Shown here one piece after another: positions 46,654 through 55,700 of a DNA stretch of 64,000 nt (position 1 is the first letter of the stretch; each line of letters starts with the position of its first letter). Origin of the DNA: Saccostrea cucullata (lineage: Eukaryota). Made by a program: the position numbers and the translations under genes. The notes below the pieces were generated by a model, which searched no databases, was not told where the DNA came from, and worked only from the letters and a program-made list of their open reading frames with translations. The DNA lies in assembly GCF_032062105.1 (NCBI RefSeq), contig NW_026921619.1, forward strand, positions 1-64,000, given 5' to 3'.

Positions 46654-49590
46654 ATGACCAGCGTGCAAAAGAACGAATTGAGAATTTTGCGTAAAACATT
46701 TTTGAAGAAAACCAGATATGAGAGCCACCAATTATTCTTACAATCTTGCTTGGAACGTAACATTATTCCAAAAGGATTTAAACTTAAATGGACTTTAGGT
46801 TTGGATGCAACAATTGACAACAAAGAAAATATTCATGGAATCCTGGACTCAACTTCCCGAAAATTAATGCAGGAATCCGTAAAGGTTTGTGTTAAAACTG
46901 TTTCAAAACTTAAAGAATCTATAGAAAAGCAGAGTGAAAGTCTAAGGACGAAACTTGGCGAGGAGGAGTATATAGAGGCTTTTTCATCTATCAATGCCAA
47001 TGTAGAAAAAAACGCAGAGAAACTTTTCAGAACAAAGAGTAGGAAACTAGGTGCATTAAATGAAAACAGGAATAAAAAAGATAATGTTGTATCTACTTTG
47101 ACCGTAAACCCCACAGTTGACAATGCAATCATAGTTGATGAAGATGTAGAAATTCGAATAGAGGGGGATGGGAACTGTTTCTATAGATGCGTCTCATATT
47201 ATTTATTTGATGATCAGAAATTTCATACTGAAATAAGAAGAAAGGTTGTAGAAGAACTGAATGCAAATAAACAATTTTATAGTGAGTACGTAGACGGAGA
47301 TTTTCAAGATCATTTGAACAATGTCAAACTATTGGACGGAAGTGTGGCTTCATGGGCAACAGAAGCAGAAGTGTTTGCAGCAGCATACCGATTTGATGTT
47401 GATATTTTTGTAAAATCAAATTCAAATAACCGATCCCAATGGCAAAAGTACCCGAATGCGGAGGAATGCGATCATAAAAAAGATTTCATTTGTTTAAATT
47501 ACTTCTCAAATCATTTTAATTTCATCAAAACCTCACATCGCCCGTGCAATTGCTTTGTATCTAATTCTGAAGCAACAGATGATCTATTATCGGAAGATTC
47601 TAAAATGCACAACGTGGATTCGGAGGAAAAGGATGAGAACAATGAAACTATGGTAATGCCTGATAATAGTACATGTTCAGATAAGGATGTGATCAATATG
47701 TCTTCAAAAAAACTAACAAACGCGCAGTTAAGCTTACTTAAAAAAGGACTAAAATTTGTACCTACTAAAAAGAATATTGATTTCACACAGTTATTAACAG
47801 ACCTGCAAACATGGGAACGTAGAATGCGACTGCGGGAATTCTTTTTTAATGAGGAAGATGACGAATCTTCAGATACAGATGAACAGTATGAGAAAAAGAA
47901 ATCAAATTCAAAGTGGACACCAGAAGAGGGGAGGGACAAATGGCTTGATGAATACATTAGACAAGTTAAGGAAGATGTAATCAGGGGATTAAGTAGAAAT
48001 TTTTCGAGCAATATTACAAACTCAGAGGAAAGTGCTATGAGAGAGCTTCTAGAGGATCCAAATATTATCATTAGACCAGCAGACAAAGGATCAGGAGTCG
48101 TTGTTATGGATACAGATAAATACGTTGATCAAGTGGAAAACGAAATGCTGAATAGCTCATCCTACAGTGAAGTAAAAGAAGACAGATCTCAACAAATAAC
48201 TAACAAAATACAAAAGTTAGTGAATAACATGCATAAAAGAGGATCTATCTCGACAGAGCTACGACACTACCTTTTACCGACAGAAATTTCTTCCGGTAAA
48301 CTACAGGCCAATCCAAAAGTACACAAGAAAAATCACCCGCTGAGAACTATAGTAAATGGCCGTCAACATCCCACAGAAAAACTAGCAGAGTATGTTGAAT
48401 TACAGCTCGAGGATGCAAACAAATCACTTAAAAGTTACATACAGGACACCACGGATTTCTTGAGGAAACTCTCAACATTGAATCAACCGTTGCCGAATTC
48501 TTCTTTATTATTTTGCATGGATGTTAAATCACTGTATCCTAGTATACCAAGGAAGGAAGCAAGGGAAGTAATTAAAAGGATTCTAGAAGAACGACAGAAA
48601 AAAGAAGTAGATACTGACAGTATTCTAGAAATGATGGATGCTGTCCTGGATAACAATAATTTTAGTTTCAACAATAAACATTATATCCAAACCGAAGGTA
48701 CTGCTATAGGATCTAAACTGGGACGAAACTATGCATGTGTATACATGGGGGAATGGGAAAATATTCTTTTGGCGATTTGTAAACAACAACCTCTTTTTTA
48801 TCTAAGATACATTGACGATATTTTTGGGATCTGGACGGGGACAGAAGAAGAACTACATGATTTCCATATGACTGCAAATAATATTCACCCCAACATTCAG
48901 CTTGACCTGCGTTTTTCAAAAACAAAAATAGACTTCCTTGATGTTTCTATTTCTCTGGATAACGGGTTTCTCACAACAGATCTTTACAGCAAACCAACTG
49001 ACAAACATATGTACCTTAACAAAACCTCCAGCCATCCCGAATCTACAAAAAGTTCAATTCCGTACGGCCTTGGTCTTAGAGCACGTCGTATTTGCTCCAC
49101 AGAGGAAAACTATCAAAGCCAACGTGATAAAGTGAAAAAGAACTTGCGAAAACGAGGATATTCTAGCAACGAAGTAGAAAAACAACTTACGAAAGTTGAC
49201 AAACTCAATCGCTCGGATCTACTAAATTATAGAAAAAATAAAACGCGATGTGACCGTGTTCCCCTTGTGTTGACCTATTCAAAAGGATTACCGAATATTC
49301 ATAACATTTTGAAGAAAAGACAAAAAATTCTTGAAAATTCCGATCGCCTGAAACTCGCGTTCAAAAAGACCCCAATCGTTGCCTATAAAAGAGACAAAAA
49401 TTTGAAAGACATTTTAGTGTATAAAAAACACAACAATTTATTTTTTAAAAAAGGAAATTTATGTGAGCCATGTGGTGCTAAAAAATGTATTTTGTGTAAA
49501 TTTGTTGTGAAAACCAGCCAGTTTGAAGATAATAACGGATGCACTTTTCAAGTCAAAAATTATACAGATATACTTTTATATATACTTTAA
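46654..49590 (+). CDS. PLE polyprotein lacking GIY-YIG (361-bp internal deletion), 978 aa
   Basis: Junction ...aaaaattata|cagatatact at 49564/49565 removes the equivalent of 27935-28295. Confidence 0.85.
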   Translation: MTSVQKNELRILRKTFLKKTRYESHQLFLQSCLERNIIPKGFKLKWTLGLDATIDNKENIHGILDSTSRKLMQESVKVCVKTVSKLKESIEKQSESLRTKLGEEEYIEAFSSINANVEKNAEKLFRTKSRKLGALNENRNKKDNVVSTLTVNPTVDNAIIVDEDVEIRIEGDGNCFYRCVSYYLFDDQKFHTEIRRKVVEELNANKQFYSEYVDGDFQDHLNNVKLLDGSVASWATEAEVFAAAYRFDVDIFVKSNSNNRSQWQKYPNAEECDHKKDFICLNYFSNHFNFIKTSHRPCNCFVSNSEATDDLLSEDSKMHNVDSEEKDENNETMVMPDNSTCSDKDVINMSSKKLTNAQLSLLKKGLKFVPTKKNIDFTQLLTDLQTWERRMRLREFFFNEEDDESSDTDEQYEKKKSNSKWTPEEGRDKWLDEYIRQVKEDVIRGLSRNFSSNITNSEESAMRELLEDPNIIIRPADKGSGVVVMDTDKYVDQVENEMLNSSSYSEVKEDRSQQITNKIQKLVNNMHKRGSISTELRHYLLPTEISSGKLQANPKVHKKNHPLRTIVNGRQHPTEKLAEYVELQLEDANKSLKSYIQDTTDFLRKLSTLNQPLPNSSLLFCMDVKSLYPSIPRKEAREVIKRILEERQKKEVDTDSILEMMDAVLDNNNFSFNNKHYIQTEGTAIGSKLGRNYACVYMGEWENILLAICKQQPLFYLRYIDDIFGIWTGTEEELHDFHMTANNIHPNIQLDLRFSKTKIDFLDVSISLDNGFLTTDLYSKPTDKHMYLNKTSSHPESTKSSIPYGLGLRARRICSTEENYQSQRDKVKKNLRKRGYSSNEVEKQLTKVDKLNRSDLLNYRKNKTRCDRVPLVLTYSKGLPNIHNILKKRQKILENSDRLKLAFKKTPIVAYKRDKNLKDILVYKKHNNLFFKKGNLCEPCGAKKCILCKFVVKTSQFEDNNGCTFQVKNYTDILLYIL

Positions 49591-49781
49591 AATCATCTTT
49601 TTAATATACCCCGTATTCTAGTATTTTATTCTGTATGATAAAAATTTTGATACACAAGTACAATTTTTGCTCTCACAATATTTTCAGATGTTTTTGGCGC
49701 AATTTTAGTGCATGACGTTGCCTCTCAATTTCTATGTTCATTGTGACGTCATAATACTGTTGAGTTGCTATGCATTTAAAT

Positions 49782-49834
49782 AAACACGACTGATGAAGGC
49801 CGGTGACACGGCTGAAATATTTCGAAAAGTGTTT
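49782..49834 (+). ncRNA. Minimal hammerhead ribozyme (terminal unit)
   Basis: CTGATGA at 49790. Confidence 0.75.
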
Positions 49835-49886
49835 TAAAGTTTTTTATTGTATTGACAAAAAGAGACTTTGGAGTCTGGTCTGACTA

Positions 49887-50030
49887 NNNNNNNNNNNNNN
49901 NNNNNNNNNNNNNNNNNNNNNNNNNNNNNNNNNNNNNNNNNNNNNNNNNNNNNNNNNNNNNNNNNNNNNNNNNNNNNNNNNNNNNNNNNNNNNNNNNNNN
50001 NNNNNNNNNNNNNNNNNNNNNNNNNNNNNN
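49887..50030. other. Assembly gap
   Basis: Run of N. Confidence 1.
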
Positions 50031-50536
50031 TTCTATATATTTATTACTAATAAAAAGTCCATCAAAAGAAATGTTTATTATATCGGTCTAACAATTTCAC
50101 TATTGACCGGTCTTACATAAGAATTGTTAGACCGCAACGTCACTCCTCTGTTACGTCACAATTAATCGTTCAATATTGGCGACGCGGAAATGAGCTACAA
50201 GAGTTGTTGCAAACAGCAAAGTAAGGAAGAAGGGAAGAGTATGTCTTGTGATAAATAATTTTTGTGATACAATAGCTATATAATTGATTTTGTTTTTTCT
50301 CAGCTTGATGTTTTATATTTACTGAAGAAGCCATAATTTTCCATATAAAATAATTAATAATATAGCGTGTATTGATTAAATCGATCAATCTTATGTGAGC
50401 AGTGAAGGGTATAACAAAACAGTTATTGACTGGGTATGAGGGCAACATATGATTTGGCCTGCGGCCTCGGGCAACATTTTCACCTTCAGGTCCAACAAAT
50501 CATATGTTGCCCTCATACCCAGTCAATAACTGTATA
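50031..50536. mobile_element. End of a hairpin-terminated non-autonomous element (Crypton-like) inserted in the Gypsy 5' LTR
   Basis: Perfect 38-bp inverted repeat 50419-50456 / 50496-50533 ending ...aactgtataa exactly where LTR homology begins; other end lost in the gap. Confidence 0.55.
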
Positions 50537-50816
50537 ATGTTATATATATTGTGTAATCAGTGCAGTCTACATTATTATTAATTATCGATCAGACGTATTT
50601 TGGGGGACTGGGGCTAAATTTCTACAATGGTAATTATTGCATTCTTGGATTTTAGGATATTGTTTCATATCTTTTACGTTTGTTTGTAAATTGTAAATAT
50701 TGCAACAGAATATATTTAATTCTTTAAACACTGAAATTCTTGTCATTCTTTTATCCTTTGAACTCGGACTTATGTACGGGACTAACCCCTAGACAGTCCC
50801 GTTACATAGATATTTT

Positions 50817-50827
50817 TGGGGGCTCGT
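50817..50827 (+). promoter_or_regulatory. Primer-binding site, tRNA-Pro (second copy 58695-58705)
   Basis: TGGGGGCTCGT is complementary to the 3' end of eukaryotic tRNA-Pro (...ACGAGCCCCCA); 10 nt downstream of the LTR-terminal CA. Confidence 0.8.
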
Positions 50828-50950
50828 TCCGAGGATAAAAGAATATTTTGGTGTTTTATCTTGGATTTTTACGCGTCGATTGACGCTGTATATTTATTTA
50901 CATACAATGTCTTTTTGGGGAGGGTTTCTCGCAATTTTGCGATTTTTCAT

Positions 50951-51364
50951 TTAGTCTCGTTTACCCCAGACTCTCGCTCTCGAGACTTGGGCCGAGCGAG
51001 AGTCTGGTCTGATTCCTATTTAATTTTTGTAACCAGTAGAGGTCGCTAAACCGGCTAACAAGATGGCGATTCCAATGAAAATACATATGAGAATTTACTT
51101 TTTAAACAAAGATATGTGCGTTTTTTGTTCCTTGTAAAGCAGACAGAGGTATTTTATTATAAAACCAGGTAAAAGTAAAGGCGCAGCCTCTGACTTTTTA
51201 AAGAATACAGATCTTAGATTCGAAGAGAATGTGTCAGCCAATGAAAATCCATACCGATTTCTCGGTAAGCCTCGATTTGAAATTACAAAAAATAAATAGG
51301 AATCAGACCAGACTCTCGCTCGGCCCAAGTCTCGAGAGCGAGAGTCTGGGGTAAACGAGACTAA
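50951..51364. mobile_element. 414-bp MITE, 82-bp TIRs (TTAGTCTCG...), 7-bp TSD TTTTCAT
   Basis: TIRs match 81/82; TTTTCAT at 50944-50950 and 51365-51371. Confidence 0.9.
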
Positions 51365-51480
51365 TTTTCATTCCAAGTTTTCTTCGTGTTACTTGTAAAT
51401 CGGATGAACAATCCTCTAAATCTGGAGGAAATTCTAAAATAGGACGTAATGAAACTGCTAAAGTTTCCGACTATGCAAAA

Positions 51481-52785
51481 GTGGAAAATGTTAGATCCGC
51501 GCACTTACTTGACGAAGATTCTGCATACGACACGCTTGTTTCATCGTTTTCTCCGTCATTGTCGATGGAACGTGGATATAAATCAGATAATTCTGATTCC
51601 AAAATAAACACTGATACTGATTGTCCCCGAAATTCATCGTATTTCTCACCTAATCAATCAGAAAACAGATGTTTTTCGCCGATGTATAGACAAAATACAG
51701 ACGAATCCATAGATCACGTGACGTCGTACACAAAGAGTATGGAAAGCCATTCCGATGCTAACTTTACGCGGTCGAAAGCTAGCACACCGCGTGATTCTTA
51801 CGCAAATAAATATGGCATAGACAAACTGAATGTTTGTAAAACACCTCAGGGTAATTTTAAGAAAGAACAAAGTCTTTATGATAATTATGGAAACCGGTCT
51901 GAATCTAAAAGCAATCGTTTTAGAAAATACAAAGAACCGGACGTGTACAATGCAGAGAATACAGAATGGCCCGATTATCTATGTCATTTCGAGCAAGTTG
52001 CAATGTGGAACGAGTGGACAGATGCCGAGAAAGCTACTCAGTTAGCTATGAGTTTGAGAGGTCGAGCGCAAAGAGTTCTGAGTGAGCTCTCGTATAGGGA
52101 ACTAGGAAATTATGCCGAGTTGAAATGCGCGCTAACTCAGCGATTTTCTCCACCTGAGCGTGAAACGGCATACAGGTGCGAGTTTCGTAATAGAAAACGG
52201 AAATCAGGTGAAACTGTGTCCGAGTATGGATACTCGTTAAGGCGACTAGCTAGTCGCGCTTTCCCAACATTTCCTTCAGATATGCATGAAAGTCTTACTG
52301 TTGAACAGTTTGTCACTGGTTTAGGTTGCCACGAACTAAAACGCTACGTGCAGTTTTCTCATCCTAAAACGCTAGATCGCGCTATTCCTCTGGCGCTCGA
52401 ATTTGAGTCGTTTGAAGGGTCTCAGGACACCCCACGGAAACCGCGGGACATTGAAAAACCACATGTTGGTTATGCACGCGCTGTTCTTCCGCCCACAGAT
52501 AAAAATGACAACAATAGTCATGTAAATCTAGAGAAACTAGAGGAATCTATTCAACACATGATTCAGAAAACACTGAAGTCTTTGGAATTTAAAGGGCACA
52601 ATGGTCCTTACGAGAAAAGACCTAATGGTCATAGTGGGCCTCGAGAAATAGTTTGTTACGCTTGTAATGAAACTGGCCATATAAGTTCAAAATGTCCAAA
52701 GAAAAACTCAAAGCCGAAAAATAGAAAGGGAACCCATAATGACTCTAGTCATTTAAACGAAAATGGGCTGAGCCCACGGCCGTAA
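51481..52785 (+). CDS. gag: Gag (capsid + CCHC zinc knuckle); true N-terminus cut off by the MITE
   Basis: CYACNETGHISSKC knuckle; retrotransposon gag-like W..YL..FE...N.W...K...L...L.G.A region; frame is open upstream to the MITE. Confidence 0.9.
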   Translation: MENVRSAHLLDEDSAYDTLVSSFSPSLSMERGYKSDNSDSKINTDTDCPRNSSYFSPNQSENRCFSPMYRQNTDESIDHVTSYTKSMESHSDANFTRSKASTPRDSYANKYGIDKLNVCKTPQGNFKKEQSLYDNYGNRSESKSNRFRKYKEPDVYNAENTEWPDYLCHFEQVAMWNEWTDAEKATQLAMSLRGRAQRVLSELSYRELGNYAELKCALTQRFSPPERETAYRCEFRNRKRKSGETVSEYGYSLRRLASRAFPTFPSDMHESLTVEQFVTGLGCHELKRYVQFSHPKTLDRAIPLALEFESFEGSQDTPRKPRDIEKPHVGYARAVLPPTDKNDNNSHVNLEKLEESIQHMIQKTLKSLEFKGHNGPYEKRPNGHSGPREIVCYACNETGHISSKCPKKNSKPKNRKGTHNDSSHLNENGLSPRP

Positions 52786-55700
52786 GCCCAGCCCCTGAAA
52801 AACCCAGTCATGAAAATAGGCCAAAACAAGACACGAAAGCTCGTTTGTACAGTATTTCAAAAAGTTGTTGGTTTGTCAAAGCAAATCTTTGTAATAGAGA
52901 AATTTATTTTCTTGTTGATACGGGGTCCAGCTGGAGCCTAATATCAAATGAAATTTTTGATTCTTTGCTTGGAAACAAAGACCTAGTTGATCTTCACACT
53001 TCATTGACTACGGCCGATGGGGATTTGCTCTCAGTGAAGGGTAAAACCGATGTAGACTTATGGATTAATGGGAAGGAATTTTTGACAACTGTTGTTGTTG
53101 CTCAACTTGGAGATTTGTCCGGTATACTCGGACTTGATTTTCTTTCAAAATATGAGGCTATAATGGACATGAACCTAGGACGACTACATTCACCATTCTT
53201 TGGTGAGATCGGTTTAGTAAAAGAGGACAAATTACAAAGTACATGCGCACGCATTCATGTGACAGAGACGATTAGCATACCAGCTAAATGCGAGATGTTT
53301 TTGAAAGGAAGCACGGACTGTGGATTTCCACATGGTGTGGAAGGTTTGATAGAACCGCTTTCCGATGATAGACGAATTTTGTTACCGAAATCTGTCGTTA
53401 ATGTACAAAATAACAAAGTGCTTTTCTCTGTACTAAATCCAACAACAGAAACAGTGATACTTAAGAAAAATGCTACCGTGGCGTCCGTACAAACAATTGA
53501 ATCTGTAACTGAATTTGACATCAAAAAAGTCACAGAAAGCCCTCCAGTGGAGACAAGCTTACCAAGCTTACCCGACTATTTGCAGTCCCTGGTCGACAAC
53601 AGCTCGAGTAGCTTAACTGAACAGCAACGCCAGCTGTTAAGCGACACATTAGCACGTAATGCTGACGTTTTTATGGGACCAAATACCCCATTAGGGCGTA
53701 CAGATCTTGTGAAACACACAATAAATACTGACAGAGCTAAGCCAATCAAGTTACCACCAAGGCGTCTCCCTATGCACCAAAAAGCCGTAGCAGATCAAGA
53801 AATAGACAAAATGCTTGAAGCTGATATAATAGAACCAAGCAGTTCACCTTGGGCTGCGCCAATAGTTCTAGTGAAGAAACGGGATGGAACTACACGATTC
53901 TGTGTAGATTATCGAAAGCTAAATAACGTAACGATTAAGGATGCCTATCCCCTGCCACGAATCAATGAATCACTAGACACACTCTCCGGCGCTAAATTCT
54001 TCTGTACTCTCGATCTTGCTAGTGGCTATTGGCAAGTCGCTATGGACGAATCTGATAAAACAAAGACAGCGTTCGCAACCCACAGGGGTCTATTCCAGTT
54101 TAAAGTGTTACCGTTTGGTTTATCTAATAGCCCTGCAACATTTGAGCGCTTGATGGAAGCCGTTCTATCTGGCCTACAATGGGAGAAATGTCTAGTTTAT
54201 CTAGACGACATCATAACATTTGGTGCCACGTTCGAAGAAACTCTAGAGAACCTGACTGTCATCTTTGACAGACTTCGTACTGCGAATCTTAAACTAAAAC
54301 CGAAGAAATGCGCCTTGTTTCAAGAACAAGTAGAATTTCTGGGTCATACTGTATCCCAAGAAGGTATTAGATGTAACCCCGACAAGATATCAGCTGTGAG
54401 GAATTGGCCCGTACCAACTTCCGTTTCAGAAGTACGCAGCTTTATAGGACTCGCATCCTATTATCGCAGGTTTATAAACAATTTTTCGAATGTCGCATAC
54501 CCGCTAACCCGCTTGACACAAAAGAACAGAAAGTTTGAATGGTCAGAGGAATGTGAAAATGCTTTTGATACCTTAAAGCATCTCCTTACAACTGCACCAG
54601 TATTATCGTACCCATCACCAACAGACGAATTTATATTGGATACTGATGCTAGCGCATATGGAGTCGGAGCTGTGCTCTCACAGATGCAAAATGGCGAGGA
54701 AGTAGTAATTGCTTATGGTAGCAAGACACTATCCAGATCCCAAATGGGATATTGCACTACATATCGAGAGCTACTAGCAGTCGTAACCTTTGTCAAACAA
54801 TTCCGACACTATCTATATGGAAGACCCTTTCTATTAAGAACAGACCATTCTTCGTTGATCTGGTTGAAAAATTTTAAGGAGCCAGAAGGTCTACTTGCAC
54901 GCTGGATAATTCTGTTGGAAACCTATGACTTCAAAATTGAACACAGAAAAGGAAGTCTTCATGGCAATGCAGATGGCTTGTCTAGGAAACCAAGGAAACG
55001 TTGCAAAAGAGAAGGATGCAACCAATGCTCCTCCGGAGAATGCTCAGTCAATGCTTTAAGCTCAGTAGCTACTCAAGATTCAGACATTACCAAGACTAAC
55101 AGACCCGAATCCAATTGGGTAGAACAATGGAGTCTCCAGTACTTACAAGAACAACAGGACAAAGACATGGCAATATCAAAGGTTAAACAACTTATCATTA
55201 ATCGGAGAGAACGTCCGAAATTAAATGACCCGTTGCCAACAGTAAACACATTACTTCGCCAGTGGCAGCGACTCAAAGTGGAAAACGATATACTCTACAG
55301 AGTATGCGAAGAAAATGAAAACGAAAGTCATCTCCAGTTAGTTGCCCCAAAGTCTATTAGGAGAGAAATTATGCAACATTTGCATAACAGTAAGACGTCG
55401 GGACATCTTGGACGCGAGAGAACTCTGCATTCTATCAGAAATCGTTTTTATTGGCCAGGAATGACTGACGATGTTGCACGCTGGTGTCAAACTTGTCAAC
55501 CTTGTTCAAAGAAAAAGCCAGGTCCTGGACAAGGGAAGTCCCCAATGCAACACCATGAAGTATTTGGTCCTATGGAATGTCTTGCCATCGACATCTTAGG
55601 TCCCCTACCATTAACTAGAGAAGGAAAACAATACATTATGGTTGTTGGAGATTATTTTTCCAAATGGAAAGAGGCATTTGCATTGGAGGATCATACAGCA

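Larger units (their letters stand above)
22994..49872 (+). mobile_element. Head-to-tail tandem array of a Penelope-like retroelement (Neptune-type), 3605-bp unit, about 7.5 copies
   Basis: ORF starts at 25024, 28629, 32234, 35839, 39444, 43049 and 46654 (exact 3605 period); homology begins at 22994 and ends at 49872. Confidence 0.95.

Noticed and set aside
49564-49565. 361-bp deletion as a spliced-out intron
   Set aside because: The deleted segment is not bounded by GT...AG; the junction shows TA microhomology instead
49852-50091. ORFs containing X runs
   Set aside because: Artefacts of the N gap
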